NCBI RefSeq assembly: GCF_001194135.2
Contig: NC_068994.1
Location: forward strand, 59,961,857-60,025,856
Length of the DNA stretch: 64,000 nt
Direction: 5' to 3'
From: Octopus bimaculoides
Lineage: Eukaryota
Below the pieces are notes generated by a model that saw only the letters and a list, made by a program, of their open reading frames with translations, searched no databases and was not told the DNA's origin. Positions 53,625 through 64,000 of the stretch are shown one piece after another (the stretch's first letter is position 1; the number at the start of each line of letters is the position of its first letter). The translations under genes and the position numbers were made by a program.

Positions 53625-53755
53625 TCAAGCAGTCCACACTGTAAAGTGGTTGGTGTTAGGACCGATGTCCAGCTGTAGAAACCATGTCATTGGATCCTTG
53701 CCAAACCATCCAACCCATGCCAGCATGGAACATAGTTGTTAAATGATGATCGTCA
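53625..53755 (+). mobile_element. SINE-like family A copy
   Basis: Same core and tail as 50290-50485. Confidence 0.75.
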
Positions 53756-54002
53756 TTACCCACAACTTTAGCCTAATTTCAATGCCTAGTCATCGGGGAC
53801 AATTATCCCTTATGATTCACTACAATCAAGGGCTGAATTAGGGATTTTTCTCTTGAGTCAAGTAAAAGATTTTGACTGTCCTCATTTTTGGAATTGAAAG
53901 GAGTTTCAATCCTTTCTAACTTTATATATATATCAAAAAAGGTTTTTTTTTTTTTTAAAAAAAACTGAATTTTATGATAACAGTAACACTGGAAGCACAA
54001 AC

Positions 54003-54146
54003 CTTGTTTGCTGGGCCTAAACTTCTTGCCAGCTTCTCTCTCTCCTCTTGGTCCACAATGATGCCATTGTATTCATGGTAGCTGACTGTTCCACAGATAA
54101 GGGACTCCTGAGACAATGGCAACAGGCCACATTTCATGGCTGAAAC
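54003..54146 (-). CDS. hts: Adducin exon ([15 protein letters not shown]...RSLGPANK), 144 nt, phase 0/0
   Basis: Acceptor ctattgcag, donor gtttgt; conserved [10 protein letters not shown] motif. Confidence 0.97.
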
Positions 54147-54949
54147 CTGCAATAGAAGATGGACAACATGTTCTGGGAGTACAAAAAAATGAAAATGGTG
54201 AGAAGAGCATTGGGATAAGAAGAATTTTAGGGAAAAAAAAGTAAGCCATTCCAAGAGATTATATGTGGAGAGACAGAATAAAGTATTAAAGAGAGAAAAA
54301 GATGAGGGGAAAACTGATGTCAATAATTAAACGGAATATTATTTGCAATTTTGGTTGTTATCTCGGTTTTCCAAAGAACCAATTCTACTCAAACATTTAT
54401 TTCTATTGTTCTATTGAGCCAAATCTTTTAGTGTCACACATGAGGAACTGAGATGCTCAGAAATTAAAGTTGTGCAAATTCCACAGATAAACAGTTTCTT
54501 TCTTTTTTTTTTTTTAATGAGTATAAATATTCAATTACATCAATGATGATGACAAAGTCTATCTCTAAATTAGAAGAGTATCAGCTTTTACACTTCCTCT
54601 CCAGAAATCAAATCAATAAACAGGAGCTGTACAGTTAATTATCTCAAGATGTTATTAAATTCAGAATAGTTCCTACAACATCCAAGATTTTCCTGCCAAT
54701 GGATCTGTAAAGTGTAGCAACTATTGTCAATAGGTCTTCACTGAGCAGATATTTTGAGAGAATGTGATAATAGCTGAGGCCAGTACTTTTGGAGAATGTC
54801 AGTATAAATACTAAAAGCCTGAAGAGTGTAAATCTTCACAAATGAGGGAGAGAATTTTGTTGTTTGACACAAAAAAGTTGCTCGTACAGCTATGGTCATG
54901 TGATTAGGTCAAAGACAACAGAACAACAGATATAGAAGGAAACCACCAA

Positions 54950-54982
<33 letters not shown>

Positions 54983-56116
54983 AACACTGTTTTATAACAC
55001 TGTATTTAGAAACATATTCACACAAAATACAAAAGCTATTGCCATTTGCCATTTAGAATATTTGTTGTAAAATTAGTAATTGCTTCTCTTTGGCATAATA
55101 ATTCAAGCTAAATTCTCTGGTGATTTGATTAAAACCTGACATTTTAGACTGGAACAGAATTTCTTGATGGCCAGTGACAAATCTTTTAACACTTTATGCG
55201 AGAACTGAACACTATTAATAATACACAATGCCAAATGGGTTACACTGTTACTCTTGGGCTATCAGCTGCTGTTTTAATATAAATTGCTGCTGTCATAATC
55301 AAGCAACCAGTCTGTTCTCTAGGTCAAGTTCTTATAGACTACCTGACCTATAGAGAGCAGACAGCAACCTTGTTGATAGGATTCTGAACAAATAATTGAG
55401 AGGTTGATAGAACTTCGTACCTATGACAATTTTTTCTTAAACAGATCAGTCAACTTAGCTGTAAACAGATACCATCAACCGTATAAGAAATAACAGCACT
55501 GTGAAACCAATGAGTATTTTGTAAAGTTGGAATGCTGAGCTCAAATGCTGTGCTGTAAGCTTAGAGGAGGGCGAGTCTTATCAAGTTAGCTTATCCTAGA
55601 TGTGTTACAAGATTTTCAGTGGTATCACTAAATGATTTATCATAGTCAGCACATAACCTACATCAAGTACTGGACTATCAGCAAATTCATCAACATTGAC
55701 ATATCTTTGGATACATATTTCAGTTTATTAAGATGTGAGGAATGTGTAGCAGATGTTTTGGTATCCAATCAGTTTGTAAAACAGCTGCTACTTAAAACAG
55801 GTGAATCTAGACAAACACTGATTTGTCCGATTTCACTGGTGACTTTGGGAGTCATTTAGCCTCACATGTTGCTCTCTGACGACGAAGCCTTCAAGGACTT
55901 GACTGAAGAAGGTTCTTCTGAGTGGATGGTCATCTAACCAAAACAAATTCAATAATATGTTCTCCTCCAAGACATTTTACATTATAAAGATAGACAGGCA
56001 ACTTGGTTACAGCTGGAATTGAACTTGTATTTTCTGTTCAAGGAGAAAAAGAAAAAAAACATTTCTGTGAGAAAAAGAAGGATTTTAGAAAGCCTCGTCG
56101 TCAGAGAGCAACATAC

Positions 56117-56347
56117 TGCAACAGCATGTGGTGTGTGAAGATGGATAACACAGCGAATGTCTGGTCTTGCTTGGTGGATGGCAGAATGGAGCATGAATCC
56201 AGCTTTATTGATGCCCAAAGGTGTAGAACCGGAATCAACAATCTCGCCTTGCATGTCCACTTTCACCAATGAGGAAGCGGTCATTTCAGCAAACAATAGG
56301 CCAAATGGGTTCAGAAGAAAATGTTCTTGTTCTTGGTTGATTCGGGC
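56117..56347 (-). CDS. hts: Adducin head-domain exon (ARINQEQEHF...HLHTPHAVA), 231 nt, phase 0/0
   Basis: Acceptor ctctctgttgcag, donor gtatgt; 77 aa matching the adducin class II aldolase-like head. Confidence 0.97.
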
Positions 56348-56756
56348 CTGCAACAGAGAGAAATTGGAAGATTATAACAAGCGAGGATGGAAAATGAAAG
56401 ACAGAATTTGGCAGAATTTGAATTCAGAACATAAAGACAAAAAGGAAAGCTTCCTTAGCATTCTGTACGGCAGGGGAATGATTCTGCCAGCTCCTCGCTG
56501 CCTTAATAATAATCTTTTTTACCCTAGGCACAAGGTCTGAGATTTTGGGAGAGGGGAGCTAGTTGATGACATCAACCTAAGTTTGTCTTTATAGGAGACC
56601 ACTATGTCACGCACATATGGTTGTGATGCATGTGCCTGGTGTACCCTTATCAGACGGGTAGTCATGATGGGTATACTGGGCTTTGTATATTTGTATCCCA
56701 GGGTCACTTTGATGGATGCTCTCTCAATAATAATAATAATAATTTCTTAATTTATG

Positions 56757-57440
56757 ACTGAAGAAGGGAGACCTTAAAAAAGAAACAGATGGATAAGGGT
56801 TGCTCAAAGCAAGTCATTGCAGACAATTAAGGCAAAAATAGACAAATCCTTGAAAAATGCAGAGAATGTAATGCGAAAGAAGAATCTGCTATGCACTCCT
56901 TCAGTTCTTGCAGTCCTTTGGCACAGAAGGGATATAGATGCAGACATGACTGTGTAGCCAGGGCAGTACACCGGGACATATTACAGCAAATAGGGTTTAA
57001 AGTAGGAAGAAAAATGGTCCCAATATCAACCAGAGAGTGTAATAGAGAACGATGAGTTTAAGGTTATATGGAACTTTATTGGACTGGCAGATTTTTAACT
57101 TCAAGTGAGATGTTTTGATATTATTGTTCTGGACAAGGGGGGAAAAAGAGTGCCTCATCATAGATGTGGCTATATCTGTAGACATGAAGTCAAAGAAGAA
57201 GAGAAAATAGTCAAATGCCAGGGTTTGGCTACAGGAATATAAAGACTGTGGAGGGTTTCTACAAAAGTAATCCTATTTGTTATAGGTGCCCTAGGTATTG
57301 TCATCAACAGCCTTGGCAGTTTCGTTATTGAGATTAGTCTAACTACAAGAGTTGCATCATTTCAGAAATCTGCTCTTTTAAGAAGAAAGAAAAGTCCTTG
57401 ATATTTAAGGAAACTGGTTGCAACCCTATATCAAGGATAT
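56757..57440 (+). mobile_element. Decayed REL-endonuclease LINE (Dong/R4-like), 3' fragment
   Basis: Fragments LKKGDLKKET, a CCHC-knuckle remnant, RHDCVARAVH, QPESVIENDEFKVIWNF, DIIVLDK..ECLIIDVA and IPFVIGALG in broken frames; opposite orientation to the host gene. Confidence 0.8.
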
Positions 57441-58223
57441 TGATTCTGAACATAAAACATTCATGCACACCATGAATACCAACAATGATAATAATGCTGG
57501 CATGAGACATTTAGGAAAAGGTTCATAAAGGAACCATCAATATTGTACAATCATTTTATTAAGTTTTGTAATAGTTTGATGAAAACGTAGGCTGCCTCTT
57601 TGAACTGTTTTGGTACTAATTCCCCACCCCAAAACCACCTTTGGTTCTGAGGTACACAGACTTACTCTAAAGTGATCTAAATTTAAACTTTCTAATAAAA
57701 TTTCATATTACTTAATGTTCTAAACATCAGCTTAATAATTAAGTTATCTTACAAACTTCTTCGTTATTATTTTTCCAAATTAACTGAAAGGAGAACAACG
57801 TATTTCAAGAGAAATATGGAAGTAAAACAGTTAAGCATTCTATCCGAGTATTATAACTTAAACCCAATCAAATTAACTGAGTAATAGATTGACAGTTAAA
57901 ACTTCTTTTGTACTGCCTACAGTTACTAAGCTGTGGCCCTGCTGGGGCACCACTTACAAAAATAAAAAAGGGAGTCTTGAAAAAGCTACCTTGATGTAAA
58001 CCAATATCTGTGGCTACTTTAATTTGCAGGTGCATGCAACCAAAATCCACTGAGCAAAAACTTATCTAACAAGGTCAAGTAACATAAAATGAAATTGACA
58101 AAGATTTTTAAAAGAAAAAACAACAACAAAAAATCAGATAAAACTAAAATATCAAGCTTTATATATTTCATTAATCTTAAGAAAATGACACCTGTTTCAG
58201 AGAGTGGTTTTTCCCTTGGAAAC

Positions 58224-58254
<31 letters not shown>

Positions 58255-58283
58255 AAGAGAGAGAGAGAAAGAGAGAGAGAGAC

Positions 58284-58318
<35 letters not shown>

Positions 58319-58403
58319 CAGAGAGAGAGAGACAGAGAGAGAGAGAAAGAGAGAGAGAGAGACAGAGAGAGAGAAAGAGAAAAAGAAAGAGAGAGAGAGA
58401 GAG

Positions 58404-58440
<37 letters not shown>

Positions 58441-58443
58441 GAG
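58224..58443. repeat. Long compound (GA)n polypurine microsatellite
   Basis: Direct reading; explains the ERER/LSLS ORFs. Confidence 0.95.
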
Positions 58444-60439
58444 AGTTATACATTAGTGTGATATTATTATCTAAGTGTTTTAAATAAAAATATCTAGTGA
58501 GTCATTGAACTGGGTTAGCTACTTTTAACTGATTTAGTCTTGGCTGAAAAGAAATGAGGACCAATAAAAAAGAAAGAAAAGAAAATCTAATAAACCAACA
58601 AAGGACAGTTTCAAGTTGACAGCTGAGAGATACAATGACATTGACAAGACTGAATTTGTCCTCTGTCTCATTTCTTTTGGGTTAAATGGTCGGGTCTGGG
58701 AAACTAACCAGCTACCTGACCTTCCAATTATTCAAGACTCATTCCTGCAGCAGCAAAACTGAGCCATGATACCCGAGTAATGGATAAAGAGTAATGGATA
58801 AAGAGTAGCTAAATACATTAGCAAGACAAATAAATAAATCAGACGGACAAAGATTTTTTATTAAACGACTCACAAAAATATATTCTCATTGAATTAGTTT
58901 TTAGTAGAGGAAGACTAACATCTTTCATGTGGACATTTGCACTCAACTGTTGATTCCAGGTGACAGTCTATTGAATCATCTACAATTTGGAGCCAAAACT
59001 ACAATCAAAACAGCTAGCAAAGCTGTAAATTACAGAAATACTAATATAGAATACAAAAAGAGAGTATTAGAAGTGAAGAGACCCAAGGATGAAGTAATTT
59101 TTGTTTTAAATTTCAGAAGTTTTTTTATTTTTTATTTTAATATATTTTATGAATATTTTGTGAAAATATCTAAAATTTAAATTTCTCTAACACAGCAAAT
59201 CCTACATATAGAAATTTATAACATGTGAAATAGGTATAGCTACTAGGCAGACAAAAGAAAACAACATAAAACACATAAAGGAGAGAGATTAATATCTTGG
59301 GAAGGGCTGTTCATTGGCCAGGAAATAAGAGATTGTGCAGCAGATCACAACACTAAAGAAAAAAAACCCATTTCAATTTGGTTTTTTTACTTCAAGTCAC
59401 ATCACAGCAACTTTTCTGCTAATAAATTTATTCTAGTTTATGGTTGGAAGATGGGATGAATAGAGAGGTGAGGCTGGGGCGTTAACTTTGGATTCCCTAA
59501 CTCAAGGAGGGTAAATAATCCATCTGAATGCATAACTGGAAGGTAAAAGAAAGTTTTCCCTAATCCAATTCTCTTGAATTGGATTAGGGAAAACTTAAAA
59601 AGACATTGGACTTCACAGAATGAGAATGTAAAGAGGAATATTGAAATATGTGTACAAGTCAATGTAGTTAAAGTGTAATACTAAATACATTTGCAAAGTA
59701 ATAGGAATGACGGTGTACGGAGAGGTGAGTCCATTTGGTATCCAAGAATCATAACTGTTTATGAAAATATCACCTGTAACTAACCAACTTTAAAGAGAAC
59801 ACAGTGTCTATAAAACCTCATACTGTACATAGTTGAAGATCACAAACAGTATACACCTCATAAGAGGAAAGGCCCTATAACTTACAATCCCTCTACTCTG
59901 TGTGTGAGAGAGAGAGAGAGAGAGAAAGATATGGCAACGTCAGTGATGCCAGATCAGATAAGTGGCACTAAACTCTAATAGGACTAAGATATGTATTTTG
60001 GTAAGGTGAAGGCAGCTAAGTTATTCTGTTCTGATGTGCTAGCTATAATTCTAGCTCTCAAGTGTATTCTTCATCCCCGCACACTTCTAACGATACAGAA
60101 TTATAGCTGTAAAAAACATCCATTGCTCAGATAAGTTAATAAAATATGAAGAAAGTCAAGATAAATATCATTGGGAGTGTAGCTGACATCAAAGCTATTC
60201 AGAGCTTTATTCATAAGTTAGTTATTTCGAATATATAACCAAATCTAGTCATTTCTCAAACCCCAATCAAAGAAGTTAAACTAACAACTTCTCAGCCGGG
60301 TAATTTAGAAAATGGCTATCTTGGAGGAGCTCAAACTTAGCTGCATGGTTTACAATACTTCTTTACAAAAATTACAAAGGCATATTCTTTTTCATCTCCT
60401 AACTCTCAGAAAAGATGTAGTTTTTAGCATATCTTACAT

Positions 60440-60850
60440 AATAATAATCTTTTCTACTATAGACACAAGACCTCAACCCCAGTGCACAACTGGTACTTTA
60501 TTTTATCAACCCCGAAAGGGATGTAAAGTAAAGTCAACCATGGCAGAATTTGAACTCAGAATGTGCAGATGAGCGAAATGCCGCTAAGCATTTTGTCCAG
60601 TGTGCTAACAATTCTACTAGTTTGTTACCTTTTTAATAATAATCCTTTCTACTAAAAGCACAAGGCCTGAAATTTTGGGGGAGGGGTAAGTTGATTATAT
60701 TGACCTGTGTTTCACTGGTACTTAATTTGTCAACCCTGAAAGGCAAAGTCAACCTCAGCAGAATTTGAACTCAGAACATAAAGATGGACAAAATACTGCT
60801 AAGCATTTTGTCCAGTGTGCTAACAACTCTGCCAGCTTGCTGTCTTAATG
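60440..60850 (+). mobile_element. SINE-like family B, head-to-tail dimer
   Basis: Two consecutive copies of ataat...tttctacta...cacaag...aaagtcaacc...gcagaatttgaactcagaa...gctaagcattttgtccagtgtgctaacaa. Confidence 0.8.
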
Positions 60851-62569
60851 ATAATAATAATAATAATAATAATAATAATATTCAATATCATTGATCTCCA
60901 ATATTTGAATGGTACTTCGTTTTGTCAACCCTCAAAGGAATAAAAGGCAAAGTTGCCCTCAGCAAGATTTGAACTTGGAACATCAAGAGCCATAAACTTA
61001 ACAGTAATGTTGGTACTATCTTTCTCCTATCACATGAGAGGTTTTACACTCCATATTGCAAACTTTAGGGTAATACAACAGCAAAGAAACATAACTGAGA
61101 ATATGAAATCCTTAATGTACCTCTTGACAGGTAAACAGAGTCAATGAACAATGAACATGACATTATGAGCTGTCAGTATTTTGACTTGTAGGTAAAAACA
61201 AGACAATTCAACTAGCTGGGATGAACGGACACACACACACATGTGCGTGCATGCACATATGTGCATACACATAGTTTTATGTTTATAAGTTTCTAAAAGC
61301 TAAACAGGGATGATTTAATTCTGAGGACGTTGTCAGGTTTGTATGTCGAGTGTGACAACAGACAAGTGTTAAGAGAAGAAACTAAATCTATAATGAAAAA
61401 CACATACAGTCAACCAACAGAGAATATTTCACAACAACAACAATAACAGAATGCCCTTTGATAAAAATTGAAACAAACAAAAGTTCCTCTCAAAGCAATT
61501 GCACAAAACTGAACTTTAAAACAAGGGACTTGTGTGAAAATAGTTTGATGCCAATGATAATGGTGGAAATGAAAGCAAATTGAGAAAGATTAAATGTCAA
61601 ACTTGGTGTAAAGACAAAAAGGCCATCTTTCAACAGTGGCTGGGAGATTGTTCCACATAAAAGTTTGGACTGATCAAGCATTGAAAAACACTTTTAATGG
61701 CTTTCTCGATCTACTTTTCAAGCCATTTCAAACAGCAAGAAATTGAAAAATGGTCCAACCTCTGCCAGCATGGAAAATGGATGTTAAATGATGATAATAA
61801 TGATGAGGGCTTCTGTTGTTAGAGAGAAAAGAATATAAACAGTGTATTGAGTCTGTATAGACAGAGAGGAGTAATAGAGCATAGCTTGTTGGAGGAGAGA
61901 GAATTACAAATGGGGACAGAAGGGATGTTTAAACCTCAAAGAACAACATGGAAGAATCCAAATAAGAAGTTTATGAATTTGAATAAGTTTATAGACTGGA
62001 GGGAGAAGAGAAATCTTGTAATTTAGTTGAAGAAAAATGCTTTTGCAGCTAAGGTGTCCAGACACAAAAAAACCTTGCAGAAGAAAATATAAAAAAATTA
62101 AAATGGATCACTGACTTGAATAAATTATGCTCATGGAATGATGTAGTAAATGTTGTACACAACAAATTTGTTACTGAAATTTCCATGTAGGGAGTTTTAA
62201 CCTAGAGAAATATCAACGAAACTACTAACTCTAAAGGAATTCTTCATACAGTTGAAAGCAGAGACTGCTCTCAAACAAAGTAGAAACCAGAAATTAGAAA
62301 GAAAAGAATATCTAAAGTCAAACGATGCAGAAATTATAAATTTGAATGTATTTCTTGGTTAAGTAAACAAAAAATGTTTTCACTGTAATTTTGCAAAACT
62401 GGGAAACCAAAGAGGGGTGCAGAAAGGCTCATCTAGTTTACCAAATTCAAAACTTCAACACTTAAGGAAATCATGAAAATCTTTCCAAAATTTCAATATC
62501 TGAAATTATTATTGTTGGAATGTGTGTTGTGTAATTTCTAAAGTTTTATGAAATAGAGAGATACCCACA

Positions 62570-62765
62570 TCAGTGGCACATAAAAAGCACCTGTGTTGGT
62601 GCTACCTAAAAAGCACCCAGTACACTTTGTAAAGTGGTTGGCATTAAGAAAGGCACCCAGCCGTAGAAACCATGCCAAAACAGACAAATGGAACCTGGTG
62701 CAGCTCTGATTTGCCAGCTTTCTGTCAAAGTGTCCAACCTTGCCAGCATTGAAAATGGGTGTTAA

Positions 62766-62818
<53 letters not shown>
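62570..62818 (+). mobile_element. SINE-like family A copy with an expanded (GAT)n tail (about 17 units)
   Basis: Same core; the tail has grown into a trinucleotide microsatellite. Confidence 0.8.
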
Positions 62819-64000
62819 ATTGGTGACAACAAGGTTACATTTGAAAGAATTTCTGTAAAACAAACATTAAAATCTCAAATACAGGATGAGATTTTTGTAA
62901 AAATAAAGTTTCAGTGTGAGTTTTAATGTTTATGAAAATAGAGTCTGACTGGCATAAGAAAAGGTTAAATTTAATACAAGAAAATAAAGCACTGTTCAAA
63001 CGCATTCTTCAGCAATGAATGGCCATAAAAGTAATGGTATTATATGTAGAAGAGATTTAATGTCATTGAAATAGGAGAGCAGCCACTTGCTTCAGTTGAA
63101 GTCGTTTGTAAGATCCCTGGAGGATTTCAAACAAAAATGGAACAAGAAAACTAAAATGGCTTCATTGCTGAGTTCATAATTTAAATAACTCTTGAGAAAT
63201 TGGGACATGGGGAGAGAACCATTCCTCTCTTATGGAAACCAGATGAAATTTGAAACAAAAAAAAACAAAAAAATAGTAAGCACATGTTTGGTATTTATTA
63301 CTTTTTGACATTAATGCTTTCAGTTGGGAAATGGTTAAATATCAAACTGCCTTTAGTTGTACCAATATCACAGTAGCAAACAAACTCCACTGCAATAATC
63401 AGTTAATTAAATTTTAAACTAATAGCTTTAGATTTGTAGTCTGTTTTAATGAAAACAGATGGAGGTAGAAACATAAAACAATCAATTATATTTAATAATT
63501 AGTGTTGTAGTTAATGGGATGAAGTAGTCAACCTCACAACAGATGGATGCAGTCGGTGACAATGATCGACTTGTTCAAATATTATTCCTATTATATTTTT
63601 TTTTGTCTTGATTTCTATTACAATAAAAGATTCCAACATGTTTTAATGTTACATTATATATACACAAGTCTGTGTTCCTGTCTACACACACATATACACC
63701 AGCAAATACACAAATCCCATTCACTAAGTTCATTTCACTAATGGCAGCAATGAATCAGAAAGCATCTTTATGTTCTGAGAGGCTGCTGCTGCTGCTGCTG
63801 TTTATTTGTCAGGGGAACTAAAAATGTGACAAGTTGGTGGGAGAAGGGAAGCTTGTTGTTTAGAGAGGAGTAGGAGGAGGAGGAGGAAGAAAAACAAAGG
63901 AAGAGTCATTGAAAAAAACAACAACTCAAGCAGGAATGACTTCAGTTGAAATGGCAGAAGACTACCAGTGCCAATGCACACACGCCACACACACATACAG

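Larger units (their letters stand above)
9913..56347 (-). other. hts: Adducin (hu-li tai shao / ADD family) gene, 5'-partial; 14 coding exons in window, 1773 nt spliced CDS (590 aa + stop)
   Basis: Hand-spliced exons have canonical AG/GT ends and matching phases. The translation contains adducin hallmarks: [87 protein letters not shown], PNPF and the C-terminal KKKKKFRIPSFSKKKK. Exons upstream of 56347 were not found in the window. Confidence 0.97.

Noticed and set aside
49371-56347. Class II aldolase-like HxH and NHG motifs suggesting an active enzyme or bacterial transfer
   Set aside because: These motifs are standard in the adducin head. The gene is intron-rich with adducin neck and tail, and the FucA-type catalytic Glu position appears absent (KAGFMLH).
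58019-58487. ORFs rich in ERER or LSLS (132-144 aa)
   Set aside because: Translations of a (GA)n microsatellite.
58776-58807. 14-bp tandem duplication gagtaatggataaa
   Set aside because: Ordinary slippage-type duplication with no functional cue.
56348-64000. Upstream adducin exons (N-terminal head region)
   Set aside because: Searched by eye for the expected CKLA...GW...NHIT-type motif and found no matching exon; probably outside the window.

Overview
AT-rich, microsatellite-dense metazoan genomic DNA from a draft assembly with seven N-gaps. The interspersed repeats (SINE-like elements with (GAT)n tails, RTE, Dong/R4 and DD37D relics) suggest Octopus or another cephalopod; this is inference. 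The window is dominated by one minus-strand gene, adducin (hts/ADD family). I reconstructed 14 coding exons by hand from 56347 down to the stop at 9913. All have GT-AG splice sites with consistent phases and together give 590 aa. They cover most of the class II aldolase-like head, the neck, and a tail ending in the MARCKS-related KKKKKFRIPSFSKKKK motif. The N-terminal exons were not found and probably lie beyond 64000. Introns and the 3' flank contain decayed transposons, two SINE-like families, a hAT-type MITE, minisatellites and microsatellites. The most interesting leads are: (1) a stop-free frame through the last intron and into the 3' UTR that would swap the Lys-rich tail for a 221-aa Arg/Cys-rich tail; (2) phase-1 cassette and candidate terminal exons in the region between the 40242 and 13762 exons; (3) long inverted repeats able to form dsRNA; (4) a 3'-truncated LINE 5' end with an open ORF1. 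I found no clearly supportable new biological system; these leads are hypotheses to test.
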